Source: Azospirillaceae bacterium (GTDB lineage: Bacteria > Pseudomonadota > Alphaproteobacteria > Azospirillales > Azospirillaceae). From it: a DNA stretch of 64,000 bases. The stretch spans positions 10,282 to 74,281 of the forward strand of contig JARLIO010000084.1 of the NCBI GenBank assembly GCA_031291675.1. The letters run 5' to 3'. Both the position numbers and the translations under genes were made by a program. This document shows positions 40,358 through 51,146 of the stretch, piece by piece. Position 1 is the stretch's first letter, and every line of letters begins with the position of its first letter. Under the pieces are notes generated by a model that was not told the origin of the DNA, did not search any database, and was given only the letters and a program-made list of their open reading frames with translations.

Positions 40358-42283
40358 TCATCGCTCCTGCCAGACATTTTCGAGGCGGTAAATCCCGAAT
40401 TGCGAGCCGGGATTCCAGCTGAACAGGCCGTTCGTGGGCAGATTATGGAGGTTATTGCGAATCACGACGGGCTGTCGGCTGTCGGCGACCAGCCCGATAC
40501 TGAATTGCTGATCGGCATAGACCCTCAGCATCGTCTCCCAGGCATGGCGACGTTCGGCATCGTTGTCGGCGACGCGCCAGCGGTGCAGCGTTTCCAGCAA
40601 TTGCCAGGCCGTGGGCAGGTCGACGGCTTCACCCGCCTGGCCGCCGGTCTGGAAATACTGGCCCCAGCGTGGCCATTGATAGTTGGCCTGATCGACCGGG
40701 GCCAGCTCATCCGGGCTCATTTCCGGGGTTGCGACGGCATTGTCGAGGCCGCGGGAGATCGACATCACGGTATCCCCGGCATAGAGCCGGGTCCGGAATA
40801 CGTCCAGTTGCGATTGCTTGACGAACAGCTTGATGCCGACTTTGCGCCAGGTATCGGCAATGAGCTCAAGGACATCGGATTCCTCGCTGCTTTCGCCGGC
40901 GGAGGCGACGACGATTTCGGCGGGGCTGCCGTCGGGGAGCAGGCGGATGCCCTCGGAATTGCGCCGGACCAGGCCGACCTCGTCCAGCAGGTGCGACGCC
41001 TGGACCGGGTCGTAATTGGCCCAGGCGTTGCGGAGTTCCGGTGAATAGAGTGGTGAGGACGGCAGGACGGTGTTGTTGCCCGGCAGGCCGAGACCAAAAT
41101 AGATCACCTCGTTGAGTTCCTCGCGGTCAATCGCCAGGGACAAGGCGCGGCGGAACCGGACGTCGCGCATCAAGGGGCGCCATTTTGGATCGCTGGTCGT
41201 CAGATTGGGGAACAGCGCGAGCTGGGAGCCGACCCCGGTTTTCCACAATTCGACATGATAGTTGTTCCGCTCCGCCGCCTGGCTCAGGAAGGTGTAGTCG
41301 GAAAACCGGATATAGCGGGCCTGAAGGTCGCTCTCGCCGCCCCCGGTTTTGGCCGGGATGATGTTTGAATCGGCGATCGCCAGCACGACCCGGTCGAGAT
41401 AGGGCAGCTGATGGCCGGCCGGATCGATCCGATGATAGTAGGGATTGCGGACAAAGACGAACCGGTCGGCGGGCGCGGCGTTGGTGACGCGCCAGGGCTG
41501 CAGCGTCGGCGAATCCGGGTTGTCGAAGTCATAGTCGCTGTCCTGGCGCATGTGCAGCGATACCCAGTTGCGCTGGTGGAAGGCGGCGACGTGGGCGGCC
41601 AACACATCGGGGGCGGTGTAGCGGGCATCGAATTGCTTGAGGTAATGGGCCGGCAGAAACAGGGTCAGAGGACGCGCCGCCGCCAGCTGTGGCAGGAAGC
41701 CGGGATTGCGGTGTGACCAGCGATAGCGAACCGTCTCGGCATCGGGAAACTCGACCTTGGGGGCTTCGCCGTCGACGAGAAGCTCGACCGGCAGCCCCAG
41801 CGGCGACAGGTCCGGATTGTTGGCAACATCCTGCCACCAATAGCGGAAATCGTCGCTGGTGAACGGGTAACCATCAGACCAGCGATGACCGGGTCGCAGG
41901 TGAAAGGTGAAGACGCGGTCGTCATCGACATCAAACGATTCGAGAATATCGGGAACCAGGCGAAAGTCCGAGGTGTAGCCGATCAGACGCGCATAGCCAT
42001 AGACGGTCATCAGCCGGTTGTCCTTGGCCCGGGCCATCAGCGACGTGATCGAGCCGCCCGGGACGCCGATGGTTTGCCAGGGCTCCGACAGGGTCGACAC
42101 CAGCGGATGGCGCGGCAGGCGCTCGGCAATCGGCGGCAGCCGCCCGGCGGCGACGTCGGCGGCAAACATCGGCGTTTCAATGAGGACCGGTTGCTGTGTG
42201 CCGTCCTGTGCCCGGACGGGACTGGCCCAACCCAGCAGGATCACGGCAATGGCCCCGTACCACCCGATCAGGCCCTGGCGCAT
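40358..42283 (-). CDS. ABC substrate-binding protein, family 5
   Basis: Signal peptide; motifs [36 protein letters not shown] and [11 protein letters not shown]. Confidence 0.92.
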   Translation of the reverse strand: MRQGLIGWYGAIAVILLGWASPVRAQDGTQQPVLIETPMFAADVAAGRLPPIAERLPRHPLVSTLSEPWQTIGVPGGSITSLMARAKDNRLMTVYGYARLIGYTSDFRLVPDILESFDVDDDRVFTFHLRPGHRWSDGYPFTSDDFRYWWQDVANNPDLSPLGLPVELLVDGEAPKVEFPDAETVRYRWSHRNPGFLPQLAAARPLTLFLPAHYLKQFDARYTAPDVLAAHVAAFHQRNWVSLHMRQDSDYDFDNPDSPTLQPWRVTNAAPADRFVFVRNPYYHRIDPAGHQLPYLDRVVLAIADSNIIPAKTGGGESDLQARYIRFSDYTFLSQAAERNNYHVELWKTGVGSQLALFPNLTTSDPKWRPLMRDVRFRRALSLAIDREELNEVIYFGLGLPGNNTVLPSSPLYSPELRNAWANYDPVQASHLLDEVGLVRRNSEGIRLLPDGSPAEIVVASAGESSEESDVLELIADTWRKVGIKLFVKQSQLDVFRTRLYAGDTVMSISRGLDNAVATPEMSPDELAPVDQANYQWPRWGQYFQTGGQAGEAVDLPTAWQLLETLHRWRVADNDAERRHAWETMLRVYADQQFSIGLVADSRQPVVIRNNLHNLPTNGLFSWNPGSQFGIYRLENVWQER

Positions 42284-44166
42284 GATGTCAGTTCCTTCGT
42301 CGCGCGGACCCAATGGTCATTCCCCAAATCGATCAATCGGGGACGGGACGCCGGATCGGCCGCGGGTGGGATCGTGAATGGCGCGGGCCAGGCGCCGGGG
42401 TCCGATGTCCGGCACGGGCCGAGTTGGGTGAAATCGAGCGGAAACCGGGGGTCGGGGTTCGGCACGGCCAGGAGCAGCGTCTGCGTATAAGGATGCACCG
42501 GATTGCAAAACAGACTCTTGCGGGGGGCGATCTCGACGATCCGGCCCTGGCACATCACCATCACCCGGTCGGCCAGGTAATCGACGACCGCAAGATTATG
42601 CGAGATGAACAGATAGGTCAGACCCAAGCGCGACTGCAGGTCCTTCAGCAGGTTGAGGATCTGAGCCTGGATCGAGACATCGAGCGCGGACACCGGCTCG
42701 TCGCACAGGACCAGGTCGGGGCGCAGCGCCAGGGCGCGGGCGATGCCGATCCGTTGACGTTGTCCGCCGGAAAAGCTGTGCGGGTGGCGGTGGACATGCT
42801 GCCGCTCCAGGCCAACCAGCGCCATCAGATCCTCGACCAGGGCCTGGCGCTCTTCGGCGCTGCCGACGCGGTGGATCACCAGAGGTTCAACAATGATGTC
42901 GAAAACCGTCATTCGGGGATCAAGCGAGCCGAACGGGTCTTGAAAGATGATCTGCTGGCGTTGCCGCCATTGCATCAAGGCGTGTCCATCCAGACCCAGC
43001 ACGTCGATCTGGTGGCCCCGATTGTTGAACAGAACGCGGCCCTGATCCGGGGTGATCGCACGCATCAGGATCTTGGCCAGGGTGGTCTTGCCGCAACCGG
43101 ACTCCCCGACCAGGCCCAGGCACTCGCCGCGCCGGATCGTGAACGAGATATCGTCGACAGCGGGCATCCCGGCCGAGGCCGGACCGGCGAACCAGCCGCC
43201 GCGCTGGCCGTGATAGGATTTGCTGACGCCCGCGACCGACAGCAGGGGGCCGGCGCGGTCGCCATCGGCGGGCCAGGGCGTGATCGCGCGCGACAGCAAT
43301 TGCCCGCCTTCGCTGGCGATCTCACGGATCGGGACCAGCCGCTGTCGATTGTCTTCGCGAAACCGGGGAACCGCGTGCAGCAGGGCCTTGAGATACGGAT
43401 GACAGGGGTTGGCAAACAAATCATCGCGGGGACCGGACTCGACGATCCGGCCCTGATACATCACCAGGACTTCGCGGGCGAGGTTGGCGACGACGCCCAG
43501 ATCGTGGGTAATCATCAGGATCGCCATGCCGAACTGTTGTTGCAGATCAAACAGCAGCTTCAGGATCTGCGCCTGGATCGTGACGTCGAGCGCCGTTGTC
43601 GGTTCGTCGGCGATCAGCAGCGACGGGCGGCAGATCAGCCCCATCGCGATCACCGCGCGCTGTCGCAGCCCGCCGGACAATTCGAAGGGATAGGACCGCA
43701 GCGCCTGTCTCGGGTTGGGAAAGCCGACCAGCCTCAGGGTTTCCTCGGTGCGTTCCTGGACCTCGGTCCGGCTCGCGCGGTGCCGCAAGCGGTACGCCTC
43801 GCCGATCTGGTCACCGATGCGGTGGACCGGTGACAGCGAGGTCATCGGCTCCTGAAACACCATCGCCATCCGGTTGCCGCGCAGCGCACGCATCCGCCGG
43901 TCGTCGCGATCGAGTTTGCTGATGACGATGGTCCCGGTCACTGGATCATTGAGCCGGATTTCGCCGCCCGCGATTCGGCCGTTCCGGGGCAGGATGCCCA
44001 TGATGCTCTGGGCCACGACCGATTTGCCGGACCCGGATTCGCCAACCAGGGCGACCGTCTCGCCGGGGCGGATCCGGAACGACACGCCGCGCACGGCCGA
44101 GACGATGCCTTCGCCGGATTGGCGGAACTCGACTTCCAGGTCGGTGACCTGCAGCAGGTCACTCAT
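42268..44166 (-). CDS. ABC importer ATPase with two fused NBDs (OppD/F-like)
   Basis: First [11 protein letters not shown] / LSGGLRQR / DEPTT; second [11 protein letters not shown] / FSGGQRQR / DEPVS. Confidence 0.94.
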   Translation of the reverse strand: MSDLLQVTDLEVEFRQSGEGIVSAVRGVSFRIRPGETVALVGESGSGKSVVAQSIMGILPRNGRIAGGEIRLNDPVTGTIVISKLDRDDRRMRALRGNRMAMVFQEPMTSLSPVHRIGDQIGEAYRLRHRASRTEVQERTEETLRLVGFPNPRQALRSYPFELSGGLRQRAVIAMGLICRPSLLIADEPTTALDVTIQAQILKLLFDLQQQFGMAILMITHDLGVVANLAREVLVMYQGRIVESGPRDDLFANPCHPYLKALLHAVPRFREDNRQRLVPIREIASEGGQLLSRAITPWPADGDRAGPLLSVAGVSKSYHGQRGGWFAGPASAGMPAVDDISFTIRRGECLGLVGESGCGKTTLAKILMRAITPDQGRVLFNNRGHQIDVLGLDGHALMQWRQRQQIIFQDPFGSLDPRMTVFDIIVEPLVIHRVGSAEERQALVEDLMALVGLERQHVHRHPHSFSGGQRQRIGIARALALRPDLVLCDEPVSALDVSIQAQILNLLKDLQSRLGLTYLFISHNLAVVDYLADRVMVMCQGRIVEIAPRKSLFCNPVHPYTQTLLLAVPNPDPRFPLDFTQLGPCRTSDPGAWPAPFTIPPAADPASRPRLIDLGNDHWVRATKELTSCARA

Positions 44167-44663
44167 GGTCGTTGGCCGTCCGGGCCGGGATCGCATCCCA
44201 GGGCCAGGAAATTCGTGATCGTCCCGTCGTCGGCCACGATCTGCCGATGACGAACCGCGGCGGCAACAGCCTGCGCGATCCGGTCAAAGCCGGTCAAGGT
44301 CGACTCAAGACGCAGCTTGCCGCTGCTGCTCGTCAGAAGAAGTTCCATCCAGCCCGCCCGCCGATCCCGTCTGGTCGAATAATAGCGTAGTTTGACCCCG
44401 GTCAGGTCATCCCACGCGATCGTCGTTTGATAGGGTGCGCAACACCGGATCGCGCGATCATCAATCTCGATAATCATCAGCCGGCGAATCGCGGTCCGCA
44501 CCCCGAACCATGCGAACAGGACCAGAAAGGCACCGGTAATGCCCGCAACAACGGGAGGCGGCGATTGCGACAGCAGCAGAACGCAAGCGCCGGCGCCGAA
44601 CGCGCTGCGCAGGGCGTCACCGAGCAATGTCCGGGCGGCGTAGCGATACTGTGCCGTGGTCAT
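44163..44663 (-). CDS. Hypothetical membrane protein (two TM segments plus small soluble domain)
   Basis: ATGA overlaps with both neighbours; hydrophobic N-terminal half; LRYYSTRRD. Confidence 0.7.
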   Translation of the reverse strand: MTTAQYRYAARTLLGDALRSAFGAGACVLLLSQSPPPVVAGITGAFLVLFAWFGVRTAIRRLMIIEIDDRAIRCCAPYQTTIAWDDLTGVKLRYYSTRRDRRAGWMELLLTSSSGKLRLESTLTGFDRIAQAVAAAVRHRQIVADDGTITNFLALGCDPGPDGQRP

Positions 44664-45442
44664 CGTGCCAACCCGCCTGCCGGCGGTGCAAACAGTGTCG
44701 CGGCATCACACCAGCGAACCGCCGGATGAGGATGCAGTCGCGCCACCAGGCGCTCCAGGAACCGCCACGCGGCGTCATCATGGACGAGATGGTGGGTCAG
44801 CACACCGATCGGTTGCCGGCTTTGGCCGAGTCGACCAACCAACGCATTCAGCACCGGAACCGCTCCGGCGAAGCACCGTTTGCGCCAATCCATGATGTCA
44901 ATATCACTGTTGACCTCGCTCAACACCGCGGCGTCGTCAGCGCCGACCAGCCGCCGCGGCCCAAAGGTCGACAGGCCACGAAAACCAAGTGACGGCAGGG
45001 CCGGGATCAGGCCCGGGTCGATCCGGTTCCACGGTGGCACCAGCACGGGGCGGAACCGGTCGCCAAACAGGGCGAGCAGCCGATCACGCCCCCGGGTGAG
45101 CTCGCTGCGCAGGGTCTCGATCGAACGCCCGCCGCCCAACTCGACGCGCTTTGCCCCGACCGGGGCATGATCGGTGTGGGCGAAACCATGCTGCACCACG
45201 GTGGCCAGCGGCCAGGAGGCAAGAGCGGTCGCGAGATCCGGGGTTGCCGGCTGGGGGATCACCGCGAGGACGATCGGAATCGGACCCAGGCTGCGGAGTC
45301 GTGTCAACGCCGGGCTGCTGGTGATCGCGTCATCGTCGCGCCACCACAGGGTCGCAACCGCACCCGCGGCAACGCGACGTTCGAGTTCGACATCCAGGGC
45401 GTCCCAGGCCCGGCCTGCGTCGTCGATCGCCGGGATGGTCAT
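44660..45442 (-). CDS. Polysaccharide deacetylase-like protein
   Basis: Motifs WWRDDDA, LAVIP, QHGFAH, VPPWNRI and LTHHLVH. Confidence 0.8.
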   Translation of the reverse strand: MTIPAIDDAGRAWDALDVELERRVAAGAVATLWWRDDDAITSSPALTRLRSLGPIPIVLAVIPQPATPDLATALASWPLATVVQHGFAHTDHAPVGAKRVELGGGRSIETLRSELTRGRDRLLALFGDRFRPVLVPPWNRIDPGLIPALPSLGFRGLSTFGPRRLVGADDAAVLSEVNSDIDIMDWRKRCFAGAVPVLNALVGRLGQSRQPIGVLTHHLVHDDAAWRFLERLVARLHPHPAVRWCDAATLFAPPAGGLAR

Positions 45443-46575
45443 CGGGGCGCCGCCAGCGTGGCCAGCAGGCGAACCGTCTCCGCGGCGCCGTCGAGTTGGA
45501 CTTCGCCCGGGGCGGGGCGCGGGGCGGCGACGGCCCGGGCGATCGCCGCGGCCAGCGCCGCAGGTGTCAGCGTTGCCTCGGCAACGACCTGCAGCAGTCC
45601 GCGGTGCTGGAACAGATGGGCGCGCTGGGTCTGCTCGGTCTCGCCGCCGGCGGCGAAGGGCACGACCACGGCCGGGCAGCGCGCGTGCAGCAGATCCATC
45701 ATGGTATTATAGCCGGCTTGGCTGACCGACACCCGGCAGCGCGCCAGCAGCGCGGCGAAATCGGGGCGGGCGGGTTCGATGATGATCCCGGGGCCGGCCC
45801 GGTCCCGCAGCGTGGCGACGGCCGTTGCGCCGAGATCCGGTCCGCACAGCAGGCGCCAGGGCACGGCTGCCAGGGGCCCACACAGCGGTCGCGCCGCCAT
45901 CGCCGCTTCCAGCAGGGGCAGGCCAACGGCGCCACCACCGACCGAGACCACGACCTCGCCGGCGCCGTCGCCATCCGGCACGGCGGCGGGGGGCGGCGCC
46001 GTGACATAACCGGTATAGCGGATCAGGTTGGCAATCTGGTCGGCTTCGGGAAAGCTGGCGCCCAGGGTCACCAGCGCCGGATCGCCATGGACCAGAACGG
46101 CATCGAACCAGCGGCGCGCCGTCTCGACCATCAATGCCCGTTTGTCCGGGCTTTTCGCGACCAGGATATCGCGCACCGAACTGGCCAGGGGCGCGCCGGC
46201 GCGCCGCGTCCAGGTCACCAACGGTTCGAGCTCGAAGCGCAAGGCGCGGCGGCCAAACGGAAAGCTCTCGATCAGGACCAGCTCCGGCGCGGTCGCGGCG
46301 AAGGCGGCCTCCAGCGCCGCCGTGCGCCGGATCTTCCAGGCATCGTCGACCGGGTGGCCGGTGGGATCGATCAGGACGCGAAACGAGGCGTCCGCGGTGC
46401 GGGCCGGCGGCAACTGGATGATCCGGGCGGCGCCGAAATCGACGCCGGGCAAGGGCGGACCGCCGGAGGCGACGGTGATGTCGTGGCCCATGGCCGCGGC
46501 AGCGCGGGCAATCATCGCGGCGCGCTTGAGGTGGCCGACGCCCAGCAAATGTTGCACGTGGAACAGGATACGCAC
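45439..46575 (-). CDS. GT-B glycosyltransferase (COG4671 / GT28-C-like)
   Basis: Motifs QHLLGVGH, ESFPFGR, VSVGGG, SQAGYNT and ETEQTQRA; GTG start after AAGGGGA. Confidence 0.85.
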   Translation of the reverse strand: MRILFHVQHLLGVGHLKRAAMIARAAAAMGHDITVASGGPPLPGVDFGAARIIQLPPARTADASFRVLIDPTGHPVDDAWKIRRTAALEAAFAATAPELVLIESFPFGRRALRFELEPLVTWTRRAGAPLASSVRDILVAKSPDKRALMVETARRWFDAVLVHGDPALVTLGASFPEADQIANLIRYTGYVTAPPPAAVPDGDGAGEVVVSVGGGAVGLPLLEAAMAARPLCGPLAAVPWRLLCGPDLGATAVATLRDRAGPGIIIEPARPDFAALLARCRVSVSQAGYNTMMDLLHARCPAVVVPFAAGGETEQTQRAHLFQHRGLLQVVAEATLTPAALAAAIARAVAAPRPAPGEVQLDGAAETVRLLATLAAPR

Positions 46576-46723
46576 GGTCAGTCCCCTTGCCGACATGTCC
46601 GCCGGCCGCCCTTGATGCCGCGGCTTCGCCGTGTCAACGCTGTGCAATGCAACAACGGGGCCACGGACGACTCCGGGCGTCCGAACCTGATCCTGACATC
46701 ATGCCGTGCGAATGACAATCAGG

Positions 46724-47317
46724 TCAGACCGCATCGACAACGGTTTCGCCACCCAAATCCAGATTGAGCGCGGACACCGTTACCTGGCCCGCCGCGACGT
46801 CGAAGCGATGGGCACAAAAATCGCGCAGTTTGAGCGGCGGCGGCCCGGTCATGGCCCAGCCCGTCGCCAGGGCCAGGAGCGCGCGCAGCACGCCTTTGTG
46901 TGTGACGGCGATGGTCGGCCGTGTGATCCCGGCCAGCCAGGGACGCAGCCGCGCCTGGACCTGACGGGGCGATTCACCCCCGGGTGGCATCAGGTCGAGC
47001 CCGCTCGCTTCCGCTGCCGCGAAGGTCGCTCCAAGCTCCGCCCGCAGCGCCGCCGCGGTTCGGCCCTCCCACTGCCCCCAATCCATCTCGATCAGGCGCG
47101 GTTCCAGGGTGGGCTGCCATCCCAGCAGGCGGGCGGTCTCGACACAGCGCGCCAACGGGCTCGCAACGCTGTGCCAACCGATGCTTTCTTCGGGAACCCG
47201 CCAGGTCCGGACCATCGCGCGGCCGGCGTCCGATAAAGGCTGATCGCATCGGCCCTGAAGGCGATGGCTTCGGTTCCAGTCGGTCGGGCCGTGGCGCAGC
47301 ACCAGCAGCGCGGTCAT
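46724..47317 (-). CDS. Histidine phosphatase family protein
   Basis: Motifs LRHGPTDWN, SPLARCVETA, EMDWGQWEG, PPGGES and VTHKGV. Confidence 0.88.
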   Translation of the reverse strand: MTALLVLRHGPTDWNRSHRLQGRCDQPLSDAGRAMVRTWRVPEESIGWHSVASPLARCVETARLLGWQPTLEPRLIEMDWGQWEGRTAAALRAELGATFAAAEASGLDLMPPGGESPRQVQARLRPWLAGITRPTIAVTHKGVLRALLALATGWAMTGPPPLKLRDFCAHRFDVAAGQVTVSALNLDLGGETVVDAV

Positions 47318-48447
47318 CGCGCCAGCTCCGCGAGCGCCGCGCGCAGCACCGCGGCCGCGGCGTCGAGACCATGATGGGTCCTTGTCTGGTGCCGTGCCGC
47401 GACCGACAACGCGGCCCGGCGCGCTGGATCGTCGAGCAGTTGGGCCACCGCGGCGGCCAGGGCCTCGGCGTCGCCCATCGCCACCAACCGTCCGGTGACC
47501 GCATCGGTCACGATATCGCCAACACCGCCGGCGCGTCCGGCAACGACGGGCAGGCCGGCGGCCTGGGCTTCGAGGATGGCCATGCCATAGGCCTCGTTGA
47601 TGGCGGGCCAGACGAACAGGTCGGCGTTGTGGTAACCGTCGCGCGTCCCGGCCGCGTCCTGGACGCCGGCGTAACGGACCCGGTCCGCGATTGCCGCAAA
47701 ACCCGCCTCGACCGCGGGACGCGCCCGACCGTCACCGATCACCAGCAATTGCCAGGGCCGGTCGGTCAGAACCGCCAACGCCGCGGCAAGGACGGCGTAG
47801 GACCTCGCTTTGTCACCGGGGCGCATCATGGCGACCGTCAGCAACCAGGGCACCGCGGGATCCAGGCCGAACCGCACCGCCATCGCGCCGCGCCCGGTTG
47901 CCCGCGGGATCGGGATGTCAGCGTCAGCCGCGAGATCGAGGAATGGCGGCAGCATGATCAGCCGATCCGGATCGTTGAGCAGCGGACGAAGGCCGGGGAT
48001 GTCGGCGCGATTGAGCACGAACAGCCGATCAGCCTGGACGATCGCGGCCCGCGCCGCGGCGTAACCGGACGCCCAGGGACCCTGGGCCTGCCGGGTCGCG
48101 CACGAGGCCTCGGCGACGACATAGGGGATGTTGAGCCGGGCGCTGACGCGCGGTCCCAGCCAATCCGGCGCCTTGTGATACAAATGGTAGGTGAACCAGA
48201 GCCGCGGCGGGTCGGCGGCAAGATGGCTTGCAATCCGATCGGCGTGCCATTGGCCGATGCGGGCGAGCCGCCGCGGCCGTTCGGGCCGGGTGCCGTCGTC
48301 CCAGCTACGGAACCGGTTGACCAGAATGGGCGGCAATCCGGCACGGTCGAGGGCCGCCATCAGCAGTCGCGCCATGCGGCGGTCGCCCGACGGCACGAGG
48401 TGATCGGGCGGTTTCATCGGCGCATAGAAGGCGACCCATCGGGTCAC
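47314..48447 (-). CDS. Glycosyltransferase family 4
   Basis: Motifs PSGDRRMA and DLFVWPAINEAYGMAILEAQAAGLPVV. Confidence 0.9.
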   Translation of the reverse strand: MTRWVAFYAPMKPPDHLVPSGDRRMARLLMAALDRAGLPPILVNRFRSWDDGTRPERPRRLARIGQWHADRIASHLAADPPRLWFTYHLYHKAPDWLGPRVSARLNIPYVVAEASCATRQAQGPWASGYAAARAAIVQADRLFVLNRADIPGLRPLLNDPDRLIMLPPFLDLAADADIPIPRATGRGAMAVRFGLDPAVPWLLTVAMMRPGDKARSYAVLAAALAVLTDRPWQLLVIGDGRARPAVEAGFAAIADRVRYAGVQDAAGTRDGYHNADLFVWPAINEAYGMAILEAQAAGLPVVAGRAGGVGDIVTDAVTGRLVAMGDAEALAAAVAQLLDDPARRAALSVAARHQTRTHHGLDAAAAVLRAALAELAR

Positions 48448-49763
48448 GGCGCCACCGGTGCCCGATGCCGGGTCGCGGACTCCGGCTGTGCTGGCGCATC
48501 ACCGGCGATGAAATCATCGAAACACTGTGCCAGATGATCGATCCCGGGCTCACACGCGAAATCACGGCGGACGCGCAGCACACCCGCGGCGGCGAGGTTG
48601 CGGCGGCGCCCCGGCGTCGCGATCAGATCGCCCAGTGCGACGGCCAGGGCATCGGCATCGTCCGGGGGCACCAGAATCCCGGTTTGGCCGTCAATGATCA
48701 ATTCGGGAATGCCCGCGGTCCGGGTCGCAAGGCAGGCCAGACCCATGGCCTGGGCTTCCATCAGGACGTTGGGCAGGCCGTCACGGTCGCCATCGCGCGC
48801 CCGCCGGCTGGGCAGCATGAACAGGTCGGCCTCGGCGTAGCACCGGATCACGACATCCTGGGCCTGTGCCCCCAACCATTCGATCCGGTCGGCAAGCCCT
48901 TGTTGCTCGGCTCGGGCCCGGAGCGCCGGCAGCAGCGGCCCGCCGCCAATATGGACCCAGCGCCAGGACAGCGCGGCCGGCAGTCGGGCCAGGGCGGTCA
49001 GGGCGATGTCGAAACCCTTCTTCTCGACCGCGCGACCGACGGAGAGCAGGCGCACCGGATCGTACCGGTCGCGGCCGTCGCGGGGCGGTCGTTCCGGGGG
49101 CGGGCCGGGGAACCGTGAAAAATCCAGCCCGTGATAGACCAGGGCCAGCCGCTCGGGTTGTTCGGTCAGGGACGCGAGATAGGCATGCCCGTCGGCGGTG
49201 CAGGTGACCCCCCATCGGGCCGAGTGCAGTTTGCGTTGCAGTTCCCAGCGGCGGCTGGTCCAGATGTCCTTGGCGTGCGCCGAAAAACTCCAAGGCAGGC
49301 CGGTCATCAGGGCGGCGTAGCGTGCGACGCTGGCCGGGGTGTGCAGGAAATGGGCGTGAATCCAGGCGACCCGGTCGGGCAGTTCGGCGGCCAGCACCGC
49401 GGCCTGGCCGAAGCGTCGCACCCGGTTGCGGGTCGGGTCGCGGATCAGATCGGCACGCCACGCGGCGACCGCCGGTGCCCAGCCCGGCAATCGCCGGGCT
49501 GCGGTCAGCGCCGTCAGCAACCGGCCGGGTTCCTGATGCAGATATTCCGGCAGATAAAGCACCGGAGCCTGGATATTGGCCAGCAGGGCATGGTGCGTCC
49601 GGTCGGTCGGGTGACGCAGCGAGATGATGACCTGTTCGAGACCGCGGCGCTCCAGGGCCAACACTTCCTGAGCGATGAAGGTTTCCGACAGGCGGGGCCA
49701 ACCTTTGACGACGACGGCGACGCGCCGGTTGCCGCATTCCCGGCTCCCTTGGGTCGCGGTCAT
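48444..49763 (-). CDS. Glycosyltransferase family 4 (WcaL-like)
   Basis: Motifs PRLSETFIAQE, HAHFLH, SVGRAVEKKG and DRDGLPNVLMEA. Confidence 0.9.
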   Translation of the reverse strand: MTATQGSRECGNRRVAVVVKGWPRLSETFIAQEVLALERRGLEQVIISLRHPTDRTHHALLANIQAPVLYLPEYLHQEPGRLLTALTAARRLPGWAPAVAAWRADLIRDPTRNRVRRFGQAAVLAAELPDRVAWIHAHFLHTPASVARYAALMTGLPWSFSAHAKDIWTSRRWELQRKLHSARWGVTCTADGHAYLASLTEQPERLALVYHGLDFSRFPGPPPERPPRDGRDRYDPVRLLSVGRAVEKKGFDIALTALARLPAALSWRWVHIGGGPLLPALRARAEQQGLADRIEWLGAQAQDVVIRCYAEADLFMLPSRRARDGDRDGLPNVLMEAQAMGLACLATRTAGIPELIIDGQTGILVPPDDADALAVALGDLIATPGRRRNLAAAGVLRVRRDFACEPGIDHLAQCFDDFIAGDAPAQPESATRHRAPVAP

Positions 49764-50977
49764 GCCTGCAGGCCACGAACCGGAGCGGGAGTCAGCGACG
49801 GGCGCGACCTGAAATGTGCGCGGTCCATCAATCGGTTAACAGTGGGCAGCCCGTCGAGCAGGCCGGGGATGGCCGTGCTCAAGGGTAACGATTGTTCCGG
49901 CAGCGCCCGCAACGCGGCCACCATGGCGCCGGCACGGCGTTCCCCGTCATCGGCCAGCATGCGGACCAGTCCCAATTCCTGGGCCCGGCTGGCCCGGATG
50001 AACTGTTCAAGGCGCGGTACGGTGCGCGGGACCAGCAGAGCACGCTTGTTGAAAGAGAGAATTTCACAAAACGTATTATATCCCCCCATTGCGACGACAC
50101 CCAACGCTGACTGCATCAGCGCCTCGAGGCGAGCCTCGAAGGTGATGGCCTCGATCGCCGGCAGGGCCGCGGCGCGCGCCAGGAATTCCATTTGACGCTC
50201 CTTGGCCATGAAAGGGCCGAGGACAATCAGGGCGCGGTGCGGCAGATCGGGATCCGTCTCGTAGGCGCGCAGCACCCAATCGACCAGGTTTTCGCCATCG
50301 CCACCACCACCAGGCGTCACCAGGATGTAGGGGTAGGACGGAATGTCGTTGTTGAGCGGGGCGCCGGCCGGAACGTGACGCCCGAGATACCCAGTATAAA
50401 TCATCTTGCGCCGGATCACCGGCGACAACTCGATCCCCTCAAGCGGATCACAGAAATCATACAGACCGTAAACCCAGATCTCGTCATAGAGCTTTTCCAG
50501 GGCCGGCACGACGTGCTTGCGTTCCCATTCCGGGGCCAGGATCGCGGGTTCATCCATGACGTCGCGCAGGCCGAGGACCAGCGGTGTGCCGCGGTCCTTC
50601 AGCAGCTTCAGCGTTTCTTCGACCTCGCCCCGCAAACCCAGCGGTTCCTTGTCGACGATGAACAGGTCGGGATCGAAAATTGCCGCGGTATGGCGGATAA
50701 TCGAACCTCGTATCGCCAGCGTCTGCGTGATATCGATTCGAAGGCTGAGCGAACTATATCCGCCATCACGCAGCTTGATCACGCCGGGAACACGCACGAA
50801 ATCCACGTTGGGATGAAAGGTGAAGCTGCCGATGATCGGGGACCCGGACAGGATCAGCACCGACAGGTCAGGATCGTGCTCCGCCAGGGCATGGGCGATC
50901 GCGCGGCAACGGCGCAAATGGCCCAGGCCAAAGCTGTCGTGGCTGTAGATCAAGACGCGGCGTCGTCCCTGTTTCAT
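49760..50977 (-). CDS. GT-B glycosyltransferase (COG4671 / GT28-C-like)
   Basis: Motifs YSHDSFGLGHLRR, VTPGGGGDG, MGGYNTFCE and PRLEQFIRA. Confidence 0.85.
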   Translation of the reverse strand: MKQGRRRVLIYSHDSFGLGHLRRCRAIAHALAEHDPDLSVLILSGSPIIGSFTFHPNVDFVRVPGVIKLRDGGYSSLSLRIDITQTLAIRGSIIRHTAAIFDPDLFIVDKEPLGLRGEVEETLKLLKDRGTPLVLGLRDVMDEPAILAPEWERKHVVPALEKLYDEIWVYGLYDFCDPLEGIELSPVIRRKMIYTGYLGRHVPAGAPLNNDIPSYPYILVTPGGGGDGENLVDWVLRAYETDPDLPHRALIVLGPFMAKERQMEFLARAAALPAIEAITFEARLEALMQSALGVVAMGGYNTFCEILSFNKRALLVPRTVPRLEQFIRASRAQELGLVRMLADDGERRAGAMVAALRALPEQSLPLSTAIPGLLDGLPTVNRLMDRAHFRSRPSLTPAPVRGLQA

Positions 50978-51146
50978 CCCTGTCTCCTGTCGCCGCGCCG
51001 AGTGCTCGGCTTGGATTCTCGCTTAACAGAACATTTCAGGCGTGACCATGGGAATTGTAACGCATCGTTTATTTTCGTCGGAGGGTTCTACCGAGCAGAG
51101 CCGTCGAGAACCGGTTGTGCAGGCGCCAGCACCGCAACCGGACCAG